Origin: a virus
Lineage: Duplodnaviria; Caudoviricetes
IMG/VR virus record: IMGVR_UViG_3300027586_000011
Location: 1 to 53,808 of that record
Length of the DNA stretch: 53,808 nt
Strand: one strand, 5' to 3'
Made by a program: the position numbers and the translations under genes. A model generated the notes under the pieces. The model had not been told where the DNA came from and did no database searches. It saw nothing but the letters and a program-made list of their open reading frames with translations. Positions 38,784 through 48,757 of this stretch are shown here, piece after piece. Each line of letters starts with the position of its first letter. The first letter of the stretch is position 1.

Positions 38784-38974
38784 TGCTAAAGTGTAACAAG
38801 TGCAGAGGAAGAATGTTTATTGACAGGATATACAGTTCTCCAATGCATCTAGAAACATATTGTATTTTATGTGGTAACAGAAAATTTTTTAATCCACCAG
38901 AAAGTTCTGAAGAGGGAAAATGGCTACTAAAAAAGGAACAACTGAAAGCGAAGGCTACAATCTCGCCAATGTAA
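38783..38974 (+). CDS. Zinc-ribbon protein
   Basis: CNKC...CILC in 63 aa; coupled start. Confidence 0.65.
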   Translation: MLKCNKCRGRMFIDRIYSSPMHLETYCILCGNRKFFNPPESSEEGKWLLKKEQLKAKATISPM

Positions 38975-39462
38975 TACCTGGTAATAAAAAGGTATGGTTT
39001 CTCAATGGCGATTTAGTTAGAGTACATCATTTCAACAAATCTAATGGAATTATGTCTGTTTATAATATTACAAAAGATCAAATTGAAAGTTGTTTAGTTA
39101 GTGATTTTAAAAAGAAAAGAGAACGAGCATACACTGTAGGTCAGACTGCTGATTTAGTTAATCGTCATAAAAAGTATATGCCTTCATTAATGAAACGAGG
39201 AGTCATTCCAATTCCAACAGGATCTCAAAAAGGCGGGGAAAGAGGATGGCAAGTAAGATCATACTACTCAGAATCCCAAGTAAGAGCGATTCGTGATATA
39301 CTTGCTACGCACCACATTGGTAGACCAAGAAAAGATAATTTAATAACAAATGATATTACCCCAACTAAACAAGAGTTGACACGAAGAATGGGGGATGGTA
39401 TACTTACATATACGAAGACAGAGGATGGACGGTTTGTTCCAATTTGGAATGAATCTATTTAA
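38920..39462 (+). CDS. MerR-like helix-turn-helix DNA-binding protein
   Basis: AYTVGQTADLVNRH...RGVIP...RSYYSESQV follows the MerR/excisionase-type winged HTH pattern; SD GAGGG. Confidence 0.65.
   Translation: MATKKGTTESEGYNLANVIPGNKKVWFLNGDLVRVHHFNKSNGIMSVYNITKDQIESCLVSDFKKKRERAYTVGQTADLVNRHKKYMPSLMKRGVIPIPTGSQKGGERGWQVRSYYSESQVRAIRDILATHHIGRPRKDNLITNDITPTKQELTRRMGDGILTYTKTEDGRFVPIWNESI
39376..39404 (+). promoter_or_regulatory. Near-consensus SigA promoter TTGACA-17-(TGG)TATACT upstream of the replication genes
   Basis: -35 at 39376-39381, -10 at 39399-39404, inside the 3' end of the MerR-like gene. Confidence 0.75.
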
Positions 39463-39475
39463 CGAAGGGTATGAA

Positions 39476-39685
39476 ATGGAAAACGATTTAACGAAGGTAT
39501 CCGTAACACTAGGATACACATTAAACCTTGGAAACTTTCAATCACTAAGACTTGATCTTGGCGTTGTTGATTCCAAGCGTGATGGAGAAAATACCGATCA
39601 GGCTTTTGAGAGAGTCTATAAGTTTGTTGAAGAAAAACTTACAGAAAAGATTAAAGAAGCACAGTCTGAGGCAGACGAAACATAA
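39476..39685 (+). CDS. Hypothetical protein
   Basis: MENDLTKVSVTLGYTLNLGNFQSLRLD. Start chosen downstream of the promoter and the previous stop (track start 39395). Confidence 0.6.
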   Translation: MENDLTKVSVTLGYTLNLGNFQSLRLDLGVVDSKRDGENTDQAFERVYKFVEEKLTEKIKEAQSEADET

Positions 39686-39993
39686 TGGCCGAACGCAAAG
39701 ACCGAATGGCTTTGCTTTCAAGATATGCCAAGTATCACACTGCAAAGTATGAGTCAAAGCCATCACTTAATCTTAATGTAGAGCAATGGGCTGCAGATGG
39801 ACTTATAGAGTCTTACACAATCTCTGGTTGCTATGACATACTTGAGTATTATTTTAAAGTAGCAGAGACACCCTCATGGAACCATTTTGCATATAATGCA
39901 GAAAAGATTTTACAGGCACAAAAGGATAGAATTAAAGATAATCAAGAAAGACTAGAGCGCAGACGAATGGCAAAGGAGTGGTTGAGTGAATAA
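39685..39993 (+). CDS. Hypothetical protein, possible helicase loader
   Basis: Coupled directly upstream of the helicase; function inferred from position only. Confidence 0.45.
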   Translation: MAERKDRMALLSRYAKYHTAKYESKPSLNLNVEQWAADGLIESYTISGCYDILEYYFKVAETPSWNHFAYNAEKILQAQKDRIKDNQERLERRRMAKEWLSE

Positions 39994-41212
39994 CACAGAG
40001 GGAAAACTTTTATCTGCAGTTCTTCAAGACAAACAAATTCATGTTCTTCTGCAAAATAACATTGACTCCCTTTTAAGAACTCATACAGATATTTGGAATT
40101 TTATTAGACTGTACTCAGAACAAAATGCAGCACTACCACCAGCATCCCTAGTGGTAGAAAAGTTTAGAGACTTTGAACCAGTTAAGGATATTGGATCTAC
40201 AAAGCACCACCTTGCAGAACTACAAACAGAATATTTAAATGACAGCCTAAAAGATATTCTTAGATCTGCAGCATCTGATGTTCAAAGCGGTAACGGCAAC
40301 GGTGCACTAGAAACTCTTATTACTAAAACATCAGAACTAAAAAAGAACACTTCCACAATTAGAGATATTGATGTCACAGATCTAGAGTCTGCGATTGCTT
40401 ACTTTGAAAATGTAAAGAAGCAACAAGCCCTAGGACATATCGGCATCAAGACTGGATTGCCAGGATTTGATAACTACTTGCCGTCTGGAATTATGCCAGG
40501 GCAGTTAGGAGTCTTCTTGGCATACCCAGGTATAGGAAAATCTTGGCTTGCTTTGTACTTTGCGGTTCAAGCATGGAAGCAAGGAAAATCTCCCCTTGTA
40601 ATCTCTCTTGAGATGTCTGAGACAGAAGTTCGTAATCGTGTATTTACTATTATGGGTGAAGGATTGTGGTCACATAGAAAAATCTCTAACGGAGAGATAG
40701 AATTAGACATGCTAAAGTCTTGGCACCAAAAGAATCTTCAGGGTAAGCCAGAGTTTCATATCATTTCAAATGACCAAGGCGGGGAGATTAATCCATCAGT
40801 ACTTCGTGGAAAGATCGATCAGTACAAGCCAGACTTTGTAATTGTTGACTACCTTCAGTTGATGGCTCCTAACCAGAAGTCAGACAATGAAACGGTACGA
40901 ATGAAGAACCTTTCAAGAGAACTTAAACTAATGGCTATTGGCGAAGAGGTCCCCATTATTGCTATCTCATCTGCCACACCAGATGACGCAAATGATTTAA
41001 ATAGCGTACCTACTCTTGGACAGACTTCCTGGTCAAGACAGATAGCCTATGATGCAGACTGGGTTTTAGCCCTAGGCCGTGCTACAAATAGTGATATCAT
41101 TGAGTGTGCTTTTAGAAAAAATCGTAATGGTTTTATGGGAGACTTCCTAGTTCAATGTGACTTTGATAAGGGATACTATAGATACAAAGATTTCGAAGAT
41201 AAGACGGTATAA
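39986..41212 (+). CDS. dnaB: DnaB-like replicative helicase
   Basis: IKTGLPGFD, Walker A AYPGIGKS, SLEMS, Walker B VIVDYLQLM, YDADWV, KNRNG. Confidence 0.92.
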   Translation: MNNTEGKLLSAVLQDKQIHVLLQNNIDSLLRTHTDIWNFIRLYSEQNAALPPASLVVEKFRDFEPVKDIGSTKHHLAELQTEYLNDSLKDILRSAASDVQSGNGNGALETLITKTSELKKNTSTIRDIDVTDLESAIAYFENVKKQQALGHIGIKTGLPGFDNYLPSGIMPGQLGVFLAYPGIGKSWLALYFAVQAWKQGKSPLVISLEMSETEVRNRVFTIMGEGLWSHRKISNGEIELDMLKSWHQKNLQGKPEFHIISNDQGGEINPSVLRGKIDQYKPDFVIVDYLQLMAPNQKSDNETVRMKNLSRELKLMAIGEEVPIIAISSATPDDANDLNSVPTLGQTSWSRQIAYDADWVLALGRATNSDIIECAFRKNRNGFMGDFLVQCDFDKGYYRYKDFEDKTV

Positions 41213-41218
41213 TATAAT

Positions 41219-41545
41219 GTGCAGAATTTTCATCATAGAGCAATCAAGAGGTTTAACCTTAATGGAGTCATCCATGATGATTCTGCAATTGAAAGATTAA
41301 AGGGTGAGTATATTAGACTTCTTGTCTCAGAGATGAAGTTGTCTGGATATGTGCCAAAGTTTGAGATTGAGCCAGATTTTACGCTAGACTTTAATGAAAG
41401 AAAAAAGTACTTTGAGTTTGAATTAACATTATATGGAATATATGTAGGGAAAAGGAAAAGCGAATGGATAAGCGGAATATACGGAAACAAAGCAATATAT
41501 ACGGAAAAGAGCAAGTTAAAAGAGTTCTCGCAGGATCAGGCATAG
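41219..41545 (+). CDS. Hypothetical protein
   Basis: 108-aa ORF between helicase and primase; TATAAT at 41208-41213 just upstream. Confidence 0.6.
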   Translation: MQNFHHRAIKRFNLNGVIHDDSAIERLKGEYIRLLVSEMKLSGYVPKFEIEPDFTLDFNERKKYFEFELTLYGIYVGKRKSEWISGIYGNKAIYTEKSKLKEFSQDQA

Positions 41546-42408
41546 ATGCTGTCTCTGAACTAGAGAATGAGTATATAGTTTATTGTCCATTTCACAATAA
41601 CACCCAGACTCCCGCAGGAGAAGTAAACAAAGATCAGGGAACATTTTTTTGTTTCTCTTGCCACAAAGTATCAGACCTAGTTGAATTAGTTATGCACACT
41701 TCTGGAAGATCCTATTTTGAGTGTGTTAGATTTATTAAAAGTAAAGAAAAAGAAATGGATCTTGAAAAACAAATCAACCAACAACTTTATGTTAAGCCAG
41801 AGTTTACAGCATATGATGAACTAATATTAAAACGACTATACAACAACCTTCTTTCTTTTTCAAGAGGCAAAGATTATTTATCATACAGGAAAATATCAAC
41901 ATCTTCCTGGGCAAAGTTTTCCCTTGGCTACTCAGAAAAACAAGACATGGTTACAATACCAGTACACAGTCCAGACGGAATACCAATTGGTTTTGTAGGA
42001 AGATCAATTGAAGGGAAAGAGTTTAAAAATACTCCAGGACTACCAAAAAGTAAAACATTATTTAATTTACACAGAGTAAAAACATCTGGAAAGGTTTATG
42101 TTGTTGAGTCATCATTTGACGCAATAAGATTAGACCAGGTTGGATTTCCTGCAGTAGCAACACTGGGTGCAACAGTATCAAATGCACAAATAGATTTGCT
42201 TCAAAAGTATTTTAATGATATCATTGTCATAGCAGATAACGATGAGGCAGGCGGAAACATGATGAAGAGAATTCTTGAAAGACTTGGATCTCGTGTATCT
42301 GTAATAAAACTAAATAAAGAATACAAAGACATAGGCGATATGGACGACGCAGCAATATCTGAACTAGAGTTTAGGTTTGACAACTCCATAGATTCTATGC
42401 TAAACTAA
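41464..42408 (+). CDS. dnaG: DNA primase (CHC2 zinc finger + TOPRIM)
   Basis: CPFH...CFSC zinc finger; GFVGR, LFNL, VVESSFDA and ADNDEAG. Confidence 0.9.
   Translation: MDKRNIRKQSNIYGKEQVKRVLAGSGIDAVSELENEYIVYCPFHNNTQTPAGEVNKDQGTFFCFSCHKVSDLVELVMHTSGRSYFECVRFIKSKEKEMDLEKQINQQLYVKPEFTAYDELILKRLYNNLLSFSRGKDYLSYRKISTSSWAKFSLGYSEKQDMVTIPVHSPDGIPIGFVGRSIEGKEFKNTPGLPKSKTLFNLHRVKTSGKVYVVESSFDAIRLDQVGFPAVATLGATVSNAQIDLLQKYFNDIIVIADNDEAGGNMMKRILERLGSRVSVIKLNKEYKDIGDMDDAAISELEFRFDNSIDSMLN
42377..42406 (+). promoter_or_regulatory. SigA promoter TTGACA-18-(TGC)TAAACT
   Basis: -35 at 42377-42382, -10 at 42401-42406; SD AAGGAG before ATG 42433. Confidence 0.65.
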
Positions 42409-42432
42409 TATAACAAAACAAAGGAGAAATAT

Positions 42433-43083
42433 ATGAGCGTAGTAAAGGGATTAAAAGCAATCAACGCCCTGCTCGACAAGCCAAAATCAGATGGACCAAA
42501 GGTTAAGTGGTTAAAACTTGCAGATGGTCAATCAGCAAAAATTAGATTCATTGAAGAACTGGATGAAGATTCAGCAAACTACAATGAAAATCGTGGCCTT
42601 GCACTTGTTGTAAAGGAACACACAAACCCAAAGGACTACAAGCGTAAGGCTGTAGATACAATGGAATCAGAAGGCCGTGACTGGGCAGAAGAAATGCATC
42701 GCAAGGACGTAAAGGCTGGATGGCGAGCACGACTTCGCTTTTATTGCAATGTTTTAGTAGACGATGGTATTGAAGAGCCTTATGTCGCTATCTGGTCAAT
42801 GGGTATCAGCAAGCAATCATCATTCAACACAATCAAAGAATATGCTATGGAGACTGGAAGCATTTCAAATGTTCTGTGGAAGTTAAAGCGTAATGGTCAG
42901 GGAACTGAAACTAATTACACACTTATTCCATCAGCACCAGACAAGGAACCATTTGACTGGAAAGATATTGAACCATATCCATTGGAGTCAGCACTTAAGA
43001 AGATTCCTTATGCAGAACAAGAAGCCTTTTATCTAGGCTTTGACACACCTTCTATTACATCGTCAACGAATGCCGACTGGTAA
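42433..43083 (+). CDS. Single-stranded DNA-binding protein (gp32-like)
   Basis: WLKLADGQSAKIRF and KLKRNGQGTETNY patterns; between primase and polymerase; tail ends in DW. Confidence 0.7.
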   Translation: MSVVKGLKAINALLDKPKSDGPKVKWLKLADGQSAKIRFIEELDEDSANYNENRGLALVVKEHTNPKDYKRKAVDTMESEGRDWAEEMHRKDVKAGWRARLRFYCNVLVDDGIEEPYVAIWSMGISKQSSFNTIKEYAMETGSISNVLWKLKRNGQGTETNYTLIPSAPDKEPFDWKDIEPYPLESALKKIPYAEQEAFYLGFDTPSITSSTNADW

Positions 43084-43086
43084 TAG

Positions 43087-46000
43087 ATGAATTATGTAGG
43101 CTTACATGTCCATACCCATTTTAGTTTATTTGATGGGATTGCTACTCCAGAAGAATACGTGAACCGTGCAGTTGAGTTGGGGATGCCAGCAATTGCCATC
43201 ACCGACCACGGTACTTTATCTGGGCATAGGGAACTGCACCGTATTGCAAAAGCAAATGGCATCAAGCCAATTCTAGGTCTAGAAGGATACATGTGTGCAG
43301 ACATATCTGATAAACGAGATAAGTCTGAAAGAGAAGGTCAACAAGATCTTGTCTACAACCACATTATCCTTCTAGCCAAGAATCAAATTGGTTTAGAAAA
43401 CCTTAACAAGATTAGTGAACTATCTTGGACAGATGGTTTCTTTAAGAAGCCAAGATTTGATTTTACTATTTTAGAAAAATATAAAGAGGGCATTATTGTT
43501 ACATCTGCTTGCCCAAGTAGTGTCCTTGTGAAAGCATTAGAAGAAGAAGAGTTTGCACTAGCCAAGAAGTATATCTCTTGGTTTAAGGAACGATTTAAAG
43601 ATGACTATTACATTGAGGTTATGCCTCACAATGATGCACAGATTAATAAGTATCTTATAGAACTCGCAGATGAGTTTGGAATCAAGGTTGTTGTGACACC
43701 AGACTGTCACCATGTTGATCCATCACAAAAAGAAGTTCAAGAGTTTAAATTGCTTATGAACACACACGGTAAGTTTGTAAAAGATGCAACATATGAAAAG
43801 TCAAAAAAGAAGGCTAACATGATGGAACGCCTTGACTATCTCTATGGCGAAGACCGTCAGATCACATTTAATAAGTTTGATATCCACCTGCTTTCATACG
43901 AAGAGATTAAAGCAGCCATGGAATCGCAGGGGATAGATAGACCTGACATATACTCAAACACAATCCTATTAGCAGAGACAGTAGAAGACTATGGAATCCA
44001 AGAAGGATTAGACTTGCTACCAGTACAGTACAAGAGTCCTGATAAAGAACTTGCAAAGGCTGCACTAGAAGGTTTGGTAGAGCGAGGTTTGTCAGAGAAT
44101 CAAGAATACCTTGATAGACTTGAAGAAGAGTTGCAGATTATTAAAGATAAGAAGTTTGCACCATACTTCCTTGTTGTGAGCAATATGATTAACTGGGCAA
44201 AGAAGGAAGAGATTATGGTTGGTCCTGGCAGAGGTTCTTCTGCTGGCTCTCTTGTTTGCTATGCACTAAAGATTACAGACATTGATCCCATTGAGCACGA
44301 TCTTTTGTTCTTCCGTTTTATTAATCCAGAGCGTAATGACTTTCCAGATATAGATACAGATATTCAGGATACTCGTCGTGAAGAAGTAAAGGACTATCTT
44401 GTTAGACAGTATCGACATGTTGCATCTATTGCTACATTCCTACAGTTTACTGGTAAGGGAATTGTAAGAGATGTTTCAAGAGTCCTAAACATTCCTTTGT
44501 CAGATGTTAACAAGGTTTTAAAAACTGTAGACACGTGGGACGACTTCTGTAGTTCAAAGTCAACTAGAGAGTTTCGTGATAAGTATCCAGAGGTAGAGAT
44601 TTACGGAGAACAACTTCGTGGTCGTATTCGTGGTACTGGAATCCATGCTGCTGGTGTTGTAACAGCAAAAGAACCAATCTTTAGATACGCACCACTTGAA
44701 ACAAGATCTTCTACAGGATCCGATGAAAGAATTCCTGTTGTTGGTGTTGATATGGAAGAGGCTGAAAGAATTGGTTTGATTAAGATTGATGCTTTAGGTC
44801 TTAAGACTTTATCTGTTCTTAAAAACACAATTGATATAATTAAAGAACGAGACGGAAAAAAGATTGACCTTCTTAAAATTAAAATGGACGACGCAAATGT
44901 CTATCAGATGTTATCAGATGGATACACAAAGGGTGTATTCCAGTGTGAAGCAGCACCATACACAAACCTTCTTGTTAAGATGGGCGTTAAGAACCTAAAC
45001 GAACTTGCAGCATCAAATGCTCTTGTTCGACCAGGTGCAATGAATACTATTGGAAAAGACTATGTTGATCGTAAACATGGTCGTCAGAACATATCATACA
45101 CACACCAAGTACTAAAGGAATTTACAGAAGACACTTATGGCTGCATTCTTTACCAGGAACAAGTTATGCAGGCATGCGTACACCTTGGCGGTATGTCCAT
45201 GTCGGAAGCAGATAAAGTTAGAAAGATCATTGGCAAGAAAAAAGATGCTAAAGAATTTGATCAATTTAAAGAGAAATTCGTAGAGGGAGCATCTAAGTTT
45301 ATTGCGCCTAATGCTGCTCGTGATCTATGGCATGACTTTGAGGCTCACGCAGGGTACTCATTTAATAAGTCACACGCAGTAGCATACTCAACACTATCTT
45401 ACTGGACAGCATGGCTAAAGTATTATTACCCACTTGAGTTTATGTACTCAGTGCTAAAGAATGAAAAGGATAAAGATGCGAGAACTGAATATCTTATTGA
45501 AGCAAAAAGAATGGGCATTAGCGTTAAGTTACCTCACATTAACGATTCGGATATTGATTTTAAAATTGAGGGTAAAGGCATTCGGTTTGGACTCAGTGCT
45601 ATTAAGTTCATATCTGACAAAATTGGTGAAAGATACATATCTGCACGACCATTTAATTCGTACAAAGAACTTGAAGAATTTACCTTTACAAAAGGAAACG
45701 GAGTAAATAGCCGTGCACTCCAAGCGCTAAGAGTTATTGGTGCAGCAACCTTTAATGATAATCCTAGAAATGATCAGGAAATTAAAGAGAACTTGTATGA
45801 ATACTTAAACCTTCCAGAGTTTAATATTTCAATACCTTCTCATTATTATGCATTCATTCAGGACATTGTTGACTTTGAAGAAAAAGGGTCATACATTTTT
45901 ATGGGTATGGTAAAATCAATTAAGCGAGGAACAGGATGGTCACGAGTTGAGATTTTGGACAAGACTGGCAGCGTCGGTATATTTGATGATGAAAATACAA

Positions 46001-46362
46001 CTATCGAAACAGGTCGTTCTTATTTGGTTCTTTGCAATGACAACAGGATTGTTTCTTTCATACCTTCTGAAGAAATAAAAGAATCATCACACGCACTTGT
46101 TAAATTTCTTGGGTATAAACAGTTACCATACAAAGATGAAGAAATGTTTGTTGTGTCTTTTAAGCCAAGGATTACTAAGACTGGAAAGAAGATGGCATCT
46201 TTGACACTTGCAGACACAAGCAGAGATCTTCATTCTATTACGGTTTTTCCTACATCATTTGCAAAAGCATATATGAATATTGAAGAAGGAAAATCTTATA
46301 AGTTTGATTTTGGAAAGACTAAAGACGGAACCGTAACATTGGAGGATGTACATGTCAGTTAG
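43087..46362 (+). CDS. dnaE: DNA polymerase III alpha subunit (family C)
   Basis: PHP domain (LHVHTHFSLFDG, AITDHG), GPGRGSSAGS, catalytic PDIDTD, KIDALGL, YSFNKSHA. Confidence 0.96.
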   Translation: MNYVGLHVHTHFSLFDGIATPEEYVNRAVELGMPAIAITDHGTLSGHRELHRIAKANGIKPILGLEGYMCADISDKRDKSEREGQQDLVYNHIILLAKNQIGLENLNKISELSWTDGFFKKPRFDFTILEKYKEGIIVTSACPSSVLVKALEEEEFALAKKYISWFKERFKDDYYIEVMPHNDAQINKYLIELADEFGIKVVVTPDCHHVDPSQKEVQEFKLLMNTHGKFVKDATYEKSKKKANMMERLDYLYGEDRQITFNKFDIHLLSYEEIKAAMESQGIDRPDIYSNTILLAETVEDYGIQEGLDLLPVQYKSPDKELAKAALEGLVERGLSENQEYLDRLEEELQIIKDKKFAPYFLVVSNMINWAKKEEIMVGPGRGSSAGSLVCYALKITDIDPIEHDLLFFRFINPERNDFPDIDTDIQDTRREEVKDYLVRQYRHVASIATFLQFTGKGIVRDVSRVLNIPLSDVNKVLKTVDTWDDFCSSKSTREFRDKYPEVEIYGEQLRGRIRGTGIHAAGVVTAKEPIFRYAPLETRSSTGSDERIPVVGVDMEEAERIGLIKIDALGLKTLSVLKNTIDIIKERDGKKIDLLKIKMDDANVYQMLSDGYTKGVFQCEAAPYTNLLVKMGVKNLNELAASNALVRPGAMNTIGKDYVDRKHGRQNISYTHQVLKEFTEDTYGCILYQEQVMQACVHLGGMSMSEADKVRKIIGKKKDAKEFDQFKEKFVEGASKFIAPNAARDLWHDFEAHAGYSFNKSHAVAYSTLSYWTAWLKYYYPLEFMYSVLKNEKDKDARTEYLIEAKRMGISVKLPHINDSDIDFKIEGKGIRFGLSAIKFISDKIGERYISARPFNSYKELEEFTFTKGNGVNSRALQALRVIGAATFNDNPRNDQEIKENLYEYLNLPEFNISIPSHYYAFIQDIVDFEEKGSYIFMGMVKSIKRGTGWSRVEILDKTGSVGIFDDENTTIETGRSYLVLCNDNRIVSFIPSEEIKESSHALVKFLGYKQLPYKDEEMFVVSFKPRITKTGKKMASLTLADTSRDLHSITVFPTSFAKAYMNIEEGKSYKFDFGKTKDGTVTLEDVHVS

Positions 46363-47362
46363 TATAGAAGAGGCTTTAGCACAACTTGATCCCAAGTTGA
46401 GGAAAAGATTGGGTAGCGGAGTTGGAGTTAACTACGAATACCAACCTACTCCTAGTTTTGGCTTAAACCGTGCTCTGGGTGGAGGTCTTCCTTATGGTAG
46501 ACAAGTTCTTATTTGGGGCTCAAAGTCCTCTGCAAAGTCTTCTATGTGCCTTCAGATGATTGCTTTGGCACAAGCAGAAGGTAAACTATGTGCATGGATT
46601 GATTCAGAAATGTCATACTCAGAAGACTGGGCTAGACAGATGGGGGTAGATCCAGAAAAACTAATCTACTCACAAGCAAGAACTATTAGTGACATGGTAG
46701 ATGTTGGCGTAGGACTAATGAATGCAGGAGTTGACTTAATCGTGGTAGACTCTATTACATCAATGCTTCCAGCAATCTATTTTGAAAAAGATACAGATGA
46801 GATGAAAGCATTAGAAAATACAAAGCAGATTGGAGCAGAGTCCCGTGACTTTAGTAACGCATGGAAAATGCTTAATTATGCTAACAACAAGGTTAAGCCT
46901 ACTCTTCTTGTTCTTATTTCCCAGTCTCGCAATAATATTAATGCTATGTATACTAGCCAGCAGCCTTCTGGTGGTCAGGCTACTAAGTTTTATTCTTCTT
47001 GCATTGTTAAACTATTTAGTTCCGAATCAGACAATCAAGCGATTAAAGGAAAGATTAAAGTAGGAGATAAATTAATTGAAGAAAAAATTGGTAGAACTAT
47101 TAAATGGGAACTTCAGTTCTCCAAAACCTCTCCAGGGTTCCAATCTGGTGAGTATGATTTTTACTTTAGAGGTGACGATATTGGTCTTGATACCATTGGT
47201 GATTTGGTTACTACCGCAGAACTAAACGGGATTGTAGAGCGCACAGGTGCTTGGTATATACTTCCTGATGGATCTAAAGTACAAGGCAAAGAAGCATTTG
47301 TTAATCGTGTAAGAGAGGATCTTGATTTGCAAAAATCTATAAAGGATAAATTAAATGGCTAG
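46352..47362 (+). CDS. recA: RecA-family recombinase
   Basis: GGGLPYGR, variant Walker A GSKSSAKS, WIDSE, VVDSI, GGQATKFYSS, GAWY; SD GGAGG at 46341. Confidence 0.9.
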   Translation: MSVSIEEALAQLDPKLRKRLGSGVGVNYEYQPTPSFGLNRALGGGLPYGRQVLIWGSKSSAKSSMCLQMIALAQAEGKLCAWIDSEMSYSEDWARQMGVDPEKLIYSQARTISDMVDVGVGLMNAGVDLIVVDSITSMLPAIYFEKDTDEMKALENTKQIGAESRDFSNAWKMLNYANNKVKPTLLVLISQSRNNINAMYTSQQPSGGQATKFYSSCIVKLFSSESDNQAIKGKIKVGDKLIEEKIGRTIKWELQFSKTSPGFQSGEYDFYFRGDDIGLDTIGDLVTTAELNGIVERTGAWYILPDGSKVQGKEAFVNRVREDLDLQKSIKDKLNG

Positions 47363-47531
47363 TTTTACTGTATATTACGGAAAGTTTATATGCCATGAAT
47401 GCAAAACAGAAGTGAAATCTCTTAGGCTTTATGCTGAGACAAAAACAATGACTTGGATGTGTCCAGAAAAACATCTAAGCACTGTTAAGTTTGGTAAACA
47501 GAAATACAGGGGCAATGACAGAGAAAAGTGA
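47355..47531 (+). CDS. Small zinc-ribbon-like protein (58 aa), missed by ORF track
   Basis: MASFTVYYGKFICHECKTEV...WMCPEKH...; overlaps the recA stop and the next start. Confidence 0.7.
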   Translation: MASFTVYYGKFICHECKTEVKSLRLYAETKTMTWMCPEKHLSTVKFGKQKYRGNDREK

Positions 47532-47799
47532 ATCTAAGAGAATAGGTGCTAAACAGCACAAGAACTCTGGTCGTAATACTCAAAAGGGAGATGCCTCCTG
47601 GAAAAACTTTGTTGTAGACTTTAAAGAAGTTGGAAAGTCTTTTACATTAAATAAAGAGGTTTGGGCAAAGGCTACAACCGATGCCATGAAGAATGGAAAA
47701 GACCCAGCAATAGTGGTTGTTATGGGCGAGGGTAATTCTAAAGTAAGACTTGCTATAATTGAGATGAGCATATTAGAAGATCTAGTGGAGGGTGTATAA
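47515..47799 (+). CDS. PD-(D/E)XK nuclease, Hjc-like Holliday junction resolvase
   Basis: E...NSG....GD......VDFK catalytic pattern in 94 aa. Track start is 47491. Confidence 0.6.
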   Translation: MTEKSESKRIGAKQHKNSGRNTQKGDASWKNFVVDFKEVGKSFTLNKEVWAKATTDAMKNGKDPAIVVVMGEGNSKVRLAIIEMSILEDLVEGV

Positions 47800-47806
47800 T
47801 AGTATC

Positions 47807-48409
47807 ATGATAGAACTAAGAAATATTGTAATAGATGACATACTTACACAAGAAGATTATGCTGTTATCTATAGCGTAATTGATACAACTCCAATGGAGA
47901 GTACAAAAGTCCAAACTAGAATTGGTCATCGCGCTTATTTGGTTGACCTTACTGAGCCAATTAGGAAGAAACTAGAAAAAACAGTACAAGATATTTTTGG
48001 TGACAAGTGGGAACTTAATGCCTACCAGTTTGCAAGATATTCAGATCAAAATGGATATGTCCAGAAACTTCCTCCCCATTATGATGATGCTTTTCAAGAT
48101 CACAAACTAACTCTGGATGTACAACTCAAAAGCAATATGAGTTGGGGAATTGTTGTTGAGGGAGAAACATACACACTAAGAGATAACCAGGCAGTTGTTT
48201 TTTATGGCACTGACCAGATACACTGGAGAGAAGATATTGAATTTCCAAAAGATGGAGTTCTGGATATGATATTTTGTCATTTTTCTTTAAAAGATAAAGA
48301 GGCTGGGAAAATTTCAGCAGAGCATAAAGAAGACATGAAACAAAGAGAAATAGATTGGTTAAAGATTGTTGATATATCAAGAGAAGAACTTACAACTGAA
48401 AAGGAATGA
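47807..48409 (+). CDS. 2OG-Fe(II) oxygenase-like protein
   Basis: LPPHYD (HxD) ... QIHWR (distal His) jelly-roll pattern. TATAAT at 47795-47800 gives a leaderless start; a second TGCTATAAT at 47751. Confidence 0.7.
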   Translation: MIELRNIVIDDILTQEDYAVIYSVIDTTPMESTKVQTRIGHRAYLVDLTEPIRKKLEKTVQDIFGDKWELNAYQFARYSDQNGYVQKLPPHYDDAFQDHKLTLDVQLKSNMSWGIVVEGETYTLRDNQAVVFYGTDQIHWREDIEFPKDGVLDMIFCHFSLKDKEAGKISAEHKEDMKQREIDWLKIVDISREELTTEKE

Positions 48410-48714
48410 CAATGGAAAATAATACAACATTAGATATGGTAAATGGTCTGGCCGAGATTGCAGAGTATATGGAAGATGAAGAACTTACTACGGCCCTTAC
48501 ATTTATTGCCAAGGTAATTCTTAAACCAGACATTCCAGTTAATGTTGCCCATATTGAGATTGTAAGACTTCAAGCAATCGCAGCAAAGATGGCCTTCAAA
48601 GCAACATGGATGGCAAATGTTGACAAATCTGATCGTGGCAAAAAGAACTTATATTACACTGCAGCAGAATCTATTAACAATTTGGTCTCTGCACTCAAAT
48701 ACATTACACGCTAA
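48406..48714 (+). CDS. Hypothetical helical protein
   Basis: 102-aa ORF coupled by ATGA overlap. Confidence 0.6.
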   Translation: MTMENNTTLDMVNGLAEIAEYMEDEELTTALTFIAKVILKPDIPVNVAHIEIVRLQAIAAKMAFKATWMANVDKSDRGKKNLYYTAAESINNLVSALKYITR

Positions 48715-48718
48715 CATC

Positions 48719-48727
48719 TGCTATACT
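48719..48727 (+). promoter_or_regulatory. Extended -10 promoter (TGCTATACT)
   Basis: Intergenic; SD GAGGA before ATG 48758. Confidence 0.55.
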
Positions 48728-48757
48728 TATATAATAAACAGAGGATAAAATAAAAAA

